Positions 1 to 12,184 of a stretch of 64,000 nucleotides of DNA are shown here, in pieces. Origin of the DNA: Octopus bimaculoides (taxonomy: Eukaryota). The position numbers were made by a program, and so were the translations under genes. Each line of letters starts with the position of its first letter. Positions within the stretch are counted from its first letter, which is position 1. The notes beneath the pieces are model-generated. The model made no database searches and had not been told where the DNA came from. It saw only the letters and a list, made by a program, of their open reading frames with translations. Location: positions 3,458,591 to 3,522,590 of the forward strand of contig NC_068987.1 of NCBI RefSeq assembly GCF_001194135.2, written 5' to 3'.

Positions 1-567
1 TATTAACACTTTACAGTATATTTACGCATATACATACATCTATACATCGATCTAAAACAACAGGAATACTAAAGGAAGGCCGGAATTTAAGAGAAGAGAA
101 AACCAAAAGGTCTCATGCTATTCATTTAAAAATTCCTGAGTTGAACTTATTATTATTACCTCCACCTTTGAAACTATTTTGAATGGTGAATTTGTTAACT
201 TTGGCTTGTATTAGATAAGGATAAACTATTTATTACTGTTACTAAATTTTCTACGGCCACCTTCACATTCCTTGACTACCATTGGGATCTATCAGGTACT
301 GGACAAGGATTCTGGATTATTTTTCCATTTTTTTAAAACTTAATTTTTGAGAGCGGTCATGTTCATTTTTAGTATTCTCGTTTGTGAGAGCAGTCGAGTT
401 TATTTCAGATATTCTCATTTTAAAAATCATCTTTAGCTAATCGTTGAGAGGACATTGGTGCTCTTGTTATATTTGGCTTACATTTAAGAATTATGAAATG
501 AAACAAAGCAAAACGAGTTTAATTCTAATGATGAAAATTAAGATTCTGACTTCTGATGTCTACTTAC

Positions 568-698
568 TTTCTTCTGGAACTGATGTAACTCTCCACACTT
601 TCAACGAAATGTTCAGGCATGTTGAAACCGTAACCTGGCATGTCAATTAAACGAAATGTGTTTTCCAGTTCATAAAAGTTCAGACATTTTGTTCGACC
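568..698 (-). CDS. GTPBP8: GTPBP8 coding exon 3 (GRTKCLNFYELENTFRLIDMPGYGFNMPEHFVESVESYISSRR), G2/G3 region
   Basis: Acceptor caatttag|GGT at 698, donor AA|gtaagt at 568/567. Contains DMPGYG (G3 motif of EngB family) and resembles human GHTKKMNFF..VVDMPGYGF. The next exon was not found in 1-567, so it is probably outside the window. Confidence 0.9.
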
Positions 699-805
699 CT
701 AAATTGAATTTGAAAGAATGGAATTTGATTTTCATAAATAATAACTTGGAATGACAATATTTCATGTAAACTTTGGCCTTAAAATATTAAATGGTAATGA
801 GACTG

Positions 806-1023
806 GTGCTTTGCATAAAGCTCCCATGCTGTTACCATGTAACAAGCAATCACCACACTTTGTAAAGTGGTTGGCATTAGGAAGGACATCCAACCACAGG
901 AACCATGCCGAAACAGACAACTGGACCCTGGTGCAGCTCTCCAGCAGGCCAGCTCTTGTGAAACCATCTAACCCATGCCAGCATGGAAGATAGATGTTAA
1001 CTGCCGCTGCCGCCGATGATGAT
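806..1023 (+). mobile_element. SINE/LINE-tail family C copy with (GAT)n tail
   Basis: Shares aagtggttggcattaggaagg...cccatgccagcatggaa...gatgatgat with copies near 1141-1197, 21678-21920(-), 24110-24300(-), 24540-24710, 35425-35595, 38835-39050(-) and 43700-43885. Confidence 0.7.
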
Positions 1024-1209
1024 ATTTTAAAGTTATGATTCTAAACTAAAAAAAAAGAGAGACTGAATTCTTTAAAATGATTTCCTTGTCACACAAGTGA
1101 TCATCATCATCATTTATACATAATGTATACATTCCATCTCATCCAAACCGACAAACCCATGCCAGCATGGAAAGCGGACGTTAAACGATGATGATGATAT
1201 ATATATAAA

Positions 1210-1249
<40 letters not shown>

Positions 1250-1536
1250 ACAAAGCGAGGGAGAAAGAGCAGTTAACTCAAGGTTATATTAGAAGACACT
1301 TGCCCAAGGTGCCACACAGTAGGACTGAGCCCAGAGCCATGTGGTTGGGAAGCAAGCTTCTTACCACAAAGCCACACTTGCGCCTAAGTAATCAGACCAG
1401 CGACTGGATGCTGAAAACTAGGATTNNNNNNNNNNNNNNNNNNNNNNNNNNNNNNNNNNNNNNNNNNNNNNNNNNNNNNNNNNNNNNNNNNNNNNNNNNN
1501 NNNNNNNNNNNNNNNNNNNNNNNNNNNNNNNNNNNN

Positions 1537-1562
1537 ACATTACTTCGTCCAAGAAAGGCAAC
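1537..1562 (-). CDS. GTPBP8: GTPBP8 coding exon 2, visible 5' part only (VAFLGRSN), P-loop start; remainder in the N gap 1426-1536
   Basis: Strong acceptor ttcttttcttgtttttcag|GTT GCC TTT CTT GGA CGA AGT AAT GT then Ns. Matches EngB G1 (V-x-F-x-GRSNVGKSS) and is phase 0, like the previous exon. Confidence 0.85.
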
Positions 1563-1846
1563 CTGAAAAACAAGAAAAGAATTATTATTGTTATAAGAGG
1601 TCTTTTAAATAAATAAAAAAAAAGACGAAACAAAACAAATTAGAAAGATACATAGTAAGCAAATACTCCAAGCTATGCGTGTGTGTATATGAATCTTACA
1701 TGGTTGGGTGGTTGTAAAGCTCTCTTTACAACCACGTGGTTTTGAGTGGTATAGAACAGTAAAAGAGATTACAGAAGGAAGACAATCTGTTTTTTGAACA
1801 GAACCCCCCCCCCATTCAACTAAAAGGCTACAAAAATGTCTTATAC

Positions 1847-2158
1847 CTCAGGCAATTTCTCATCTGGAAGATTTTTCACATCAAATACTGATTTCAGAAA
1901 CTTTACTTTGTGTTTTTTCCCATGTGGTTCAAATAATGTCATTCCTTGCTGAATTTCCTTGAGGTTTGGTTGGAAAATTAAATGATCTTGTAAAAGAGGT
2001 TCTTGGAGATATTCCTGAAGTTTTAAAATTGGATTTTGGTGAATTTCTTTCGGGTGATCAGTCTTCTGCAAATGACTTTTTAATCGGTAACTAGGCATCA
2101 ATTTTGAGACAGTCCTTTTATCAATTATGTCAAATATAAACCTTTTTGTTACAATCAT
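1847..2158 (-). CDS. GTPBP8: GTPBP8 first coding exon (MIVTKRF...KVKFLKSVFDVKNLPDEKLPE), 104 codons
   Basis: ATG at 2158 with an in-frame TAA just upstream; donor GAG|gtataa. FLKS..LPE precedes G1 as in EngB/GTPBP8. A T-rich acceptor at 2184/2183 implies an upstream non-coding exon. Confidence 0.88.
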
Positions 2159-2244
2159 TTCTTATCCAAGACAGGTATTTCGTCTGTAAAATATAAAAAT
2201 AAAATAGAATAAAGAAAACAATATGAATATATTAATAAAATATA

Positions 2245-2408
2245 CGTGCAAGAGTGGCTTTGTGGTAAGTAGCTTGCTTACCAACCATATGGTTCCAGGT
2301 TCAGTCTCACTGCATGACACCTTAGGCAAGTGTCTTCTACTATAGCTTCGGGCTGACCAAAGCCTTGTGAGTGGATTTGATAGACGGAAGCTGAAAGAAA
2401 CCCGTCGA
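2245..2408 (+). mobile_element. tRNA-derived SINE family A, 5' part
   Basis: A-box-like tggct..gtggt and B-box-like ggttcagtc, followed by ggcaagtgtcttctactatagc; more than 12 copies in the window. Confidence 0.8.
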
Positions 2409-4164
2409 AGCTTTTCATTCTCTTCGTGAGCGTTCAGACCAGAAGTAGGGATCTCCCAGTTCCAGGAGTCTTATTACTCCCAGTCCCGAGTGTCGCTTTG
2501 TTCTTGCGTATTCATGCTGCAAGCCGTGTACAAGGTTCTTATCTCTTTTGTTTTGTCAGGTCACCAACGAGAGCAGCTGGTAATATGTAATCGAGTTGAA
2601 GCTGTTATACGGGTGGGTGGCACCCCACACAGGTTAACCTCCTGAAGAGGCTGGTACTAGAAACCCAGTTGGAAACAATTGATAAATACGAAAGCCTTTT
2701 TAATCCAACTGTAACTTAAGTTCGTCGTTGTTTGCTTACCCGGTCAACTATGATCGAAACGATCTTGATCAAGGTCAGTCATGCTATACCAACCGTGGCC
2801 ATCCCATCTTTTAATAGCATCTAGAAAGATTTCGTGTGTAACTTCAATTATTTTAAAACGACGTCAGGGTGTAATTTGAGGGTGATTTGTTTACTATTTT
2901 TAACAAGTTCAGTGATAGCGAAACTTCGATCGTTGCTTCGTCATTTTAATATTAGAATAATGAACGCCACAGCACGATAAATACAGGTACAAGATTGACA
3001 GTGATGGTCTGGAATCTCGTATAAACTGCACTTATTTACCAGCAGCAACTTCAAATTCCATCGGCCACCAGACAAATTTACTGGTACCTCGTACGCTACA
3101 AGTTAATACACTTGTATCATTTACTCCAACGTACAGGTACCTGTATTTCTTTTAGTTACTCAAATAGATTTAATATTAGTTTAATTTTGCGTATGTTGAC
3201 CAATGTGACCACCTCTGGTACGGTACAATCCGTAATTCGAAATATCTTTGGAACCCAAGGTTACGGAAAATCGATTTAATCTATAATGGTAAATAGAACA
3301 CTTCTTGTAGTTTATTATATAGCATAGTGCTATATTTAGATATTCCAAACAATCTAGTAAAAACAAATTACTTACAAAGTTATTCAAATAAAGCTCTCCT
3401 CGACCTGACAAGGTGCGACAACAAACATTCGGTGTAAACGGAATTCGACCCACAAAAGACGAAGATTTATGGTAAAATGCTAGTTATCTCCCTTCGTATA
3501 TATATTGCGGAGGGCCTTCCATTCAGTGACTCTCACGCCTGACAGCTTCATAGATCCACAATGCAAGTTTTTTTTTCTGTGATCTTTGTGGCCGAGTGTT
3601 AAACATACACCACAGTTCAGGGAAAGAGGATCAACCGAAGGTTCCGAGTTCAATCCACACCGAGGACAGCATTTCAAAAGTAACTAGAGGAACCTTAAAA
3701 GCAGTGCCGTCTTGTCGGAAGTCTTGGACACAATATGTAGTTACCTGAGGCCTCATAGGTTTAGGGGGCCTATCATTGATCTATGTATGTGGTGACTTAT
3801 TGCTAACAAAAAAAAAATAGTAAAGATCAAGTGCATTGACTTGCCCCGTGGCCTATAACTTGTTAAGATGGTACTGCCTAGGTGTCATGTCGTAGGTGGG
3901 TCAGGCTACCCTTAGAGTGTCGGGAACTAGCAGAACAAAACACTTGCTTCCTGGAAGTTCTTGCTCCGAAGATTTCTGCTGCGGTTCGCTCACACCGTAG
4001 CGAATTTCCACTTAGATATAAAACTTGCTAACGATGGAGTCTCATCGACTTGCTAAAAATAACAATTAAACCTCTCTCAATTACACACCAGTTTTTGTTT
4101 TATTATTGTTGTTGTTGTTTTAAAGGACACGTTGACTAATACACAGATTTTATCTTTTATTTGT

Positions 4165-4560
4165 TTCAGTCACTGGTTTGCGGCCATGCTGGGGCACCAC
4201 CTTCAAGGGGTTTTAGTAGAACAAATTGACCCCAGTTCTTATCGTTTTGGTCTTCTTGTTGAACTGCTAAGTACGATGGCGTAAACAAACCAACATCGAT
4301 TGTAAAGTGGTGGTGGTGAAAACGCAATTACACACACTAATATATACATACACACACATACATACATATGCACCCGCGCGCGCTCATACGCATACACATA
4401 TACAACGGGCTTCAACACAGTTTCCGTATACCAAATCCACTTACAAGGCATTGATCGGCCCGGGGCTATACTAGAAGACATTTGCCCAAGGTGTAACGTA
4501 GTGGGACTGAACCCGAAACTGCGTGGCTGCAAAGCGAACTTCTTAACCTCACAGCCATAC
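4165..4560 (-). mobile_element. SINE family A, near full length
   Basis: Reverse complement of head, internal (TG/TA)n and the tail ending ccagcatggccgca..tgactgaaac. Confidence 0.8.
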
Positions 4561-5308
4561 TGGAAAAAAAAATGAAAAGAAAAATGGGCCGACCTGTGGG
4601 TAAACGACAGCAGCGACATGCGGAGGAATTTGATATTTGAACATAAAGAGGGGAAAGAAATGCCTCTAAAATATATAAATAATCACTAAGTAACAGTAGA
4701 AGACTGTATATTCTTAGAATATTTTAATTAACAGGAAGGCGCCTGCTGAGTTTTGAACCATCACTCTCAGTTCTTCCCAGATCAAGACCACGGCTTATCA
4801 TATCGCCATAAACAAACATTAATGCCTTCGCATAATTGGCTTGACTAATCATCATGGATGACATGTTATGGTCGATGCGACGAACTTCAAAGGAAGTGTG
4901 CACGTTTTCCCTCGAGCGAACTATTTAGCTCGATCGAAGGTTATGGAAAATTTGGCTTACACTTATAAAAAGTTGACAAATTCATCTCCAGATTCGAGCC
5001 ACTCAGCCGTCCAGACATTACTATATCACTTTGCAAAGTGAGTCGGTTTCTCACTCTCTTTGACTTTTGTTTATTTAAGATGCCTAAGTCGTATTCAACA
5101 AAAAGCACTGACCTTTAATTGTAGTCTCGAATAACATATATTGGTTACATGCAGTAGCTCTAGCTTTTTTCGACTTATCGCATTTTCAGTAGCATTAAAC
5201 TACTTTCCTATTAGTTAGCTTGTGGAATACAGAAGATTCCTTACTAACTATTATGTTCCTTGTTTCATGAACGTTGTTCCACTAAATCAAAGATATATAT
5301 GTACACAT

Positions 5309-5742
5309 GTAAAGAATAAAGTGTTTTGAATGGCACAACAATGGACTATAATAACTGTTGTAATTTAATCATCCATAGCCTGATATAATACTTCGGAATA
5401 TAAAAATTCCTTCTTCAGATATCCCTAGGAATTGATTGAGTCACTGCTATAATCGATTTTCTAACGTTTTAAAAATTTTTATTTATTTTTTTTCCTCGGA
5501 AGCGTCTCTGCACTGGTTTCACGAAGCTCCTTCTGGAATTCCTCGTGAGAAGTGCATGAGGGTGACCACATCTCAAGCACGTGTGTGCTGGCACATCCGT
5601 AACACTGCTTCTTTTTTTTTTTTTTTTTTTATATTTCGAAATATTATATCAGACTATGGATGATTAAATTACAACAGTTATTATAGTCCATTGTTGTTCT
5701 CATAGCGCATTGTTGTGCCATTCAAAACACTTTATTTTTTAC
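5309..5742. mobile_element. Foldback/MITE-like element with about 95-bp inverted arms
   Basis: 5309-5406 is the reverse complement of about 5626-5742 (ataaagtgttttgaatggcacaacaatg...ctgatataata), with a short internal duplication in the right arm. Confidence 0.7.
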
Positions 5743-6764
5743 AAACAATACACAATGCTTCAAGCGAACTACAATACTCTCGTACATATGTAAATATAAA
5801 CGATATGGGTTAACAAAATATATATATAAAAGCTCAAATTAATACCAGTGTGGTCATTCTTGTCTCCTTACGCAGCCTATTTAATATTGTGAACAACCAA
5901 CGGAGAATTTATGACTAAACACAGCCTTAAAGCACTTTACAAGGCTTGAAAACCTAACAAGGGCGTGTTATGTTGGGACAACGTCATTGCTTTTGTTAAA
6001 ATTCTCGACGGTGAGAGAATATCGTTGTCTGATGTGAAAAAGCAGCTGGTTTCCAGTGGATCTGGATTTATGGAGAGTAGATGGAGAGCAAGGTGATGTA
6101 TAGGAAGACAAGGACACTATTGATAATAAGGAGGGATTATTTATGACTGCCTCCATCATGTTTTAGATGTTGGGATGTGAACGTGCTGGGTCTGCCGTTC
6201 ATAAGATCAAGGATGACAGCATTTAGGTTAATGACGTAAGCATTTAGAGTTTGATTTGTTGCTGTTGTAGAACAAGGAGGTAAATGAGGACGAGAATAGC
6301 TCCGATATTTATTTTGTTTACAACGGTCCCATAGAGATTGTGTAAAGAATACAATCAAAAACTTCTGTGCTAAACGCAAGCTTACAATGTGTCGTTGTAA
6401 TTATGTATGTGAAAACGTTTGGTTGAAATGTGTGTGCGTGTGTGTGTAAGCAAGTTTTGCTTTGCTGATAGCGATTTCTTGACAAAAGGCAAACTAAAGT
6501 GGGTGAGCTGGAGTTGGCGATGGTGTTTGCTGTAGTTGACTGGTTGTGGTGGCCACAGTCAAGTGTCACCACCACAAATGTGTTTCTCTTTCGAATGTTA
6601 AGCACGAACTGACTAAACAACATCTATTTAACAAACAGTCATTACAAAGATGAGTCATGAACAGAAGATCAACAGGGGTCAAGCTGACGCAATTGGGGGA
6701 TTAAAACTAAATTACTAAACTTGACTGTCATTAAGCTTAAACTTAAAGTAACAACAAACACAAA

Positions 6765-7000
6765 CCGGCAGAAGTGCCAAGAGTTCGGGTTTCGAATATT
6801 CACTAGACTTCTTATTTTGGGCGATAGGACACACTATCGATTGTTTCCATAAACTGGGATAGATATCGCGTGTGTACACTAAGTTGGTTTATGCTTTGCT
6901 ACATTTAGACAAAGTGCGATCGTCGGGAAGCTAGCTTGGAAGTTCCTAGCTTCAAAGTTATGGAAAAACGCCATCAGGTCCGGTAGCTTTGTTGGGATCG
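6765..7000 (-). mobile_element. Degenerate non-LTR retrotransposon RT N-terminal fragment
   Basis: Minus-strand translation gives KATGPDGVFP and IYPSLWKQSIVCPI...LALLPV, typical of the pre-RT region of CR1/Jockey-group ORF2; multiple stops. Confidence 0.55.
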
Positions 7001-7089
7001 TCTTCCAATTCTACAAAGTTTATTGGTGATGTGACAGTTCCCCATTTCTTTACACAGTTCTTTACATTTTTATTGAACTGCATGGATTG

Positions 7090-7460
7090 TGCAATAGAGG
7101 ATTGACAAGGCACTACTCCATAATATGTCCAGTTTCTTCATATTTAAAGGTGGTTGGGCCGGTCTTGCAGCCTCCGTCTGACCAAAACAACTTTTGATCG
7201 TCCCGTTTTCGTTCTCAGACAGTTAAATGACTTCCATTGAATCCATGGTGCTTCTCGAGCCACCATTGAAAATCTTCAGCAGGAGAGAGGGATTCCCATG
7301 TGGATTGGAGGAGGGTCGTTTTCAGGCTTTTCTTTCCAGAGCTGGAGTTTGGATACTTCCCGTGATTATATAAAGGGCTGGACAAGGCTGAGAAAGATTC
7401 TTGTTGACTTCAGCCGTGGGATCGAAGGTTGACGTCCACGGAGAAGACGGCACTCATCTC
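7090..7460 (-). mobile_element. Degenerate non-LTR retrotransposon ORF2 C-terminal fragment (I/Ingi-like)
   Basis: Minus-strand translation has PWIQWKSFNCLRTKTGRSK and an upstream PRLKST, resembling W.SLNRLRTG and RLKSR motifs. Clade assignment is from memory only. Confidence 0.4.
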
Positions 7461-7966
7461 TTGCAGTCTTTTGTCATTTATTGATAAATACGAACTGTGA
7501 CTTTATTAACAACGCATTTTCACAGGAAGGACAGAAAGACAAAACAATAAAAGTATCAAAGATAAAATTATCGGGACCCCCCCCACCCCATAACTATCTC
7601 ATCAAGGAAACAACGAAAAAGAAAAAAGGGGGTAGGGTGGATTAAGCAGCAAAAGATGAGGGGTGGATGGAGTAATGGGTAATACATTCCAGACACAATG
7701 GCGTGTCTAGCCGCGCCTTGCGGACATGATTGCAAAGGCGTTATCGCAGAGAATGGCCAATAACAATGGCCACTTCTTAATGTCAAAAGGGGGCAATGTC
7801 GGCGAGGGTGTGCAGGTTGTTTGTGTTGATGGGTTTCATACAACCAGCGGTATTGTTCAAGTCTGGGTTAAGTTTTTTGGCGTGGGTTGAACTTTCCCAA
7901 ACAAGACATGCATTCTTCGCAGAGAAATAATACAAAGCTTTAGACGATTTAATGCTTTTCTCGTTT

Positions 7967-8015
<49 letters not shown>

Positions 8016-8260
8016 GCTCCCCCGACTTCCTCTGTTTATGTGAGTATATTACTCTATGTGTATGAGGGGAAGTGTTTATGTTAAACGTGTTTGTAATCTC
8101 TCTCTGTCTCTATATCTGTGCGCGCGTGTTTGCCTCAAGACCAAAACGTACTGTCGCAAAAACAGGCTAAATGTCCAGTCAGCCGCGCCAAATCGCCAGC
8201 GTCTAAACAGCCACGCCCAATTATCTCATTCTGATGTCAGTGCTATACTGAGAGATGAAG

Positions 8261-8446
8261 TCAAAATGGCGAATCTCTCATGGCTTGGTAATGTCAAGTC
8301 TGGGATTCGGAGGGTGGGTTTCAATATGGCGAATAACTGTGTTACCGTTTTGTTGTGAAATACAGGGCAGACGATGTCCGAGTAACTGGCAAAGAAATCG
8401 ATTTGAAGTTGACTTTAAAAAAATGAAGCCGGCAGACGATGTCCGA
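8261..8446 (+). promoter_or_regulatory. Candidate ATG13 (possibly bidirectional) core promoter/first-exon region
   Basis: Locally CpG-richer. Two YY1-type AAnATGGCG motifs (8261-8274, 8321-8334), a 16-bp direct repeat (8366-8381, 8431-8446) and a donor TTG|gtaatg at 8287/8288. Confidence 0.35.
8266..8287 (+). CDS. ATG13: Speculative upstream coding exon of ATG13 (MANLSWL+G)
   Basis: Strong Kozak context caaaATGG and a GT donor. Splicing to acag|TTTATG at 12165 is in frame with ATG 12185. No homology support. Confidence 0.22.
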
Positions 8447-8729
8447 CTGCTGACACTGTACTGTAAAGGCTGGTTGTAGAATCAATAAGACAAGAGTGTT
8501 TGACGTCTACGAAAAGGCTGAAATGACGCAGAAGTTCAGCTCCATAGGTAGGAGCTGCCAATTTACTCATCGAAGCCGAAGACCAAGTGAGGTAAATGGC
8601 ATTAGGAAAATGGTTAACTGCCTGCTTGGGAGATGTTCTCGGTATGAAGATTCCAAATTGGGTTTTGGTCTCATTTTCAAGTATTGAGGAAACAGAAACG
8701 TGAAGAATTAACTCTTTTTAATTTTGGTA

Positions 8730-8900
8730 TAAAGCCAGCAGTTTTGAGGGCAGGGAATAAATCGATAACATCGACCCCAGTGTTCAACTGGTGTTTCTTT
8801 TATCGACCCCGGCGAAATTTGAACTCAGTACGTAAAGACGGACGAAACGCCGCGAAGCATTTTGTCCGGCGTGCTAACGATTCTTCTAGCTCGCCGCCTT
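8730..8900 (-). mobile_element. tRNA-derived SINE family B
   Basis: Reverse complement of ggcgagctggcagaatcgttagcac...gttcaaattc...ggggtcgat; other copies near 11270-11420(-), 22060-22270(-), 27345-27485(-), 45435-45660(-) and 62345-62530(-). Confidence 0.8.
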
Positions 8901-9164
8901 TAACAAAAATTAATGGAATTGGTAATCAACAAAGAGTTGAAGCTCATATTTATAAACGAGTGCCATAATCTCTGGTTCCAGCATCAAATTTCAAATCTTT
9001 ATCATAGATTTATAGGACACCGTGAAAAAAAAAACGAAATTACAATTCTATCGTCATATTTAGTTAAAAGTGAATTTAATGGTATTAATGGCCTTAGGAC
9101 GAACAAGGGAAAAGTTTGCTGCAATTAGTCGCACAGAACGATTTAAAGATGTCGAGTCAGACGT

Positions 9165-9372
9165 AAAGTGGCGAGCTGGCAGAATCGTTAGCAACGCCGG
9201 AAAAATGCTTGGTGGCGTTTCGTTTGTCTTTGCGTTCAAATTCTGCTGAGGTCGACTTTGCCTTTCAACATTTTGGGGTCAATGAAATAAGTAGCAGCTG
9301 AACACTGGAGTTGATGTAATTGACTTACCCCCTTCCCCGAACCTACAGCCCTTGTGCTAAAATTTGCAATCA
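9165..9372 (+). mobile_element. tRNA-derived SINE family B
   Basis: tggcgagctggcagaatcgttagcaacgccgg...gttcaaattctgctgaggtcgactttgcc. Confidence 0.8.
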
Positions 9373-9919
9373 ATTTTGAGTCAGACGAAGAACAATTAGT
9401 TTTATATTAAGCCCATCCTTTACATTAATTAATCAAGTAATTTTGTACAATTATATTTTTTGCGCATTATTTGTTTAGTACAGCCATTCATTGCAAAAAA
9501 GAAGTAAAAAAAAAATCTTTCGGTTGTCGCTTCTATGTTCTCATGACTGTCCGTCATTTCAGCTGTTAACGACACGAGAAACAATTCTCTCAATGAATGA
9601 CTGTACGAACTGCAGGGACGAAAAACTAATGAAAAGTCAATTCATTTTCTTATTTCACACGGGAGTTCACTGACTGTTGAAGGCCACGTTCACGGTCGCC
9701 TTTATTATAGTATTTCTGAGAAAACTTTCGGTATTCTCCCAGAATTAATATATTATCATGTAAAACTACTTGAAGAAGTTTAAAAGTGATAGAGCGTAAA
9801 TGTACATATAGGACTCATATTTCAAGTTTGATTAAATATAGTTGTACAAAATACTTTTATGAAATTATATTTTGGGCGACAATAAACCCTAAACAATTTA
9901 TAAAAATCTAGATTTCAAA

Positions 9920-10450
9920 TTCTTAAAGGAACATGACTATGATGGAAAGAAGGCAGGCATTTGCGGTCGTGGAGTCGGGAGGAGGGCGATTGGCAAGGGC
10001 AAAGGTCAGCAAAAGTATAGATGAGTGCAATGAACAAGAATATAATGGAAAAAATTCGGGCTATTTGGGGTGAAGTCGACGGGGAGGGATTAATAACGGA
10101 GGTGGGTGATGAGATAAAAATTGAGAGAGTGAGAGTGAGGGGTGGCAATAGAAGTGGTTCGGAGGAGAGACAGTGATGAATGGCAGAAGAGCAGGGAGAA
10201 GTCAATGGTCTCAATCAGCTTTCTGTGTATATAAATCTGTTGAAGGGCGAGTGGACTGAGTAATGAGGACAAAGGTACTATCAGCGCAGGTGATGGCAGA
10301 AATGAGAGATGGAAGGTTATGATAAAGAGATAGGTGGGAGTAAGAGGATGGGATCAAGGAGGAAGGTAACAAATGTAGGATTGATAGGGTACAATTATTG
10401 CAGCTTATAAACACTATACTTGTGTTAGGGGAGATGTGACATGGCTGGTT
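9920..10450 (-). mobile_element. Old CR1-like LINE 3' fragment
   Basis: Purine-rich plus strand. The minus-strand S/P/L-rich translation loosely follows CR1/Zenon ORF2 C-termini; a similar piece lies at about 16530-16810. Heavily degenerate. Confidence 0.35.
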
Positions 10451-10809
10451 GGCCTTCCAAAGCGACCCATGTTGCCAACCACTGCACTTTCCTTCGTCGC
10501 ACGTTTTTCTTAGTCTATCTCTTTCGCGCGCGCGCACACACAAACTCACATAAAACATTATTATATCGGTAAATACAAAAGCAGGCTAAATATAAATACA
10601 CACCTATTCTCCAATAATTTTACGGTCTAGTTAGAAATCAATATTATGAGTGACATTCGAAAAGTGGAATTTCAGCGGGATTACGGCACGTAAATAATTT
10701 CGAAACGCTTAGTTTATTTCAAAATAAAGAAGAAAATCAGTTACACAGAAAGAGGTGGAATGTCTATTGATTTATTTATTATATTGTCTCTTCCCACTGT
10801 CCTGTCGCC

Positions 10810-10990
10810 CGACATGTTAGCAATAGCAGCCAAATCTCGTTTAAAATATACACTAATATCTTAAAAAGGAAGGACTCTACCCGAAAAAAAAAAAGAAGAA
10901 ACAAGAAAAAGAAAAAAAAAGATCGTTGTGGCTTGAATGCCCTTGATAGCAGGACCGCTCACTTAGAGCTGACCAGCAGCTAAACCACTC
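10810..10990 (+). mobile_element. Dispersed repeat family G (gctagaaatagcagccaaatct...aaacaacaac tail)
   Basis: Related copies near 2740-2910(-), 3990-4130, 13140-13310(-), 26800-26940, 27660-27780(-) and 29640-29840. Confidence 0.6.
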
Positions 10991-12184
10991 CTGAAAACAA
11001 CTCCTTCAATTATTAACCACAGCCACGATGCACACGAAGGTCGGTTAGCTATGTAATAAATATCCCAGAAAACCCGAAGCGAAAAAAAAACTTCCAGTGT
11101 GATAAAATATATTTCCCATCTGAATTATCATTCCGTTTGATTTTATCGCTAAAGGTATTTGGTGATTCCATACGGCCCTTAATCCTCTGAGTTGAAATTC
11201 TGCCAAGGTCAACTTTGCCGTTCATAGAACGATAAAGTAAGGTACCAGTAAAATATTTTTTCTTTCTACCATAGGTATAAGGTTTGGAATTTTGGGGGAG
11301 GGGTTAGTCGGTTACACCGACCCCGGTGTTAAACAGGTTCTATTTCATTGACCCCGAAAGGCGGAAACGTAAAATCGACCTCGGCGGAATTTGAACTCAG
11401 AACGTAAAGCCAGACAAACGAGCCAAATATTGAATTCGATTTAATACTTCTATAAAACGTCCTAGACATGAATGGAATTATAAGACAAGGCGAAGACACA
11501 GACTACTAAATAATTAAATGAATTTAACAGGATATTACACACACTTTATTAATTTGATTCATTCTCCACCAATCGGAAGTGTTTGAATTGACGGAAGTTG
11601 AAAGGTCTCTCTCTTTCTCTCCCCCCGTTTCTTTCACTCTCTCTCTCTCTCTCTCTCCAGGAATTCTGGGTATTCCATCTCCATCCCAAAACACTGCGAC
11701 TTGTTTTAAATATTATGGACTTGGGACAAAGTCAGGTCTTCTAATTAATCGGATTACCAACTCGGGACACAGTAAGGCTTATTACAATTGAATTATGGAC
11801 TTAAGACAAAGCAAGGTTTACACTAATTCCGCTGAAAATATTATGGAATACCTGGACTTTGGTTCCATCTTCCTCTGATATGCCACGTCTTGTTTACTTC
11901 CACTTCTGTTATTCGGAATAGATTGGTCGTGCTTTCGATAAGTTTTTATTGAGGATAAAACTTGTATTAAGACAGGATGATGGAATAATTCCATTATTTC
12001 TGTTGGAACCATTTGTCTTATGCAATGAAGAATAAGTTATGAGGTTTAATTTTGTATGTAACTTGGCTCTTTTTGTAAACCTTGCTCTTAATACTCGCTC
12101 TACACCAACATCGTATTCTCTGTTAAATGAGACGTAACCACTAACACTAACCAGTATTAAACAGTTTATGCCAAATTGGTAAAC

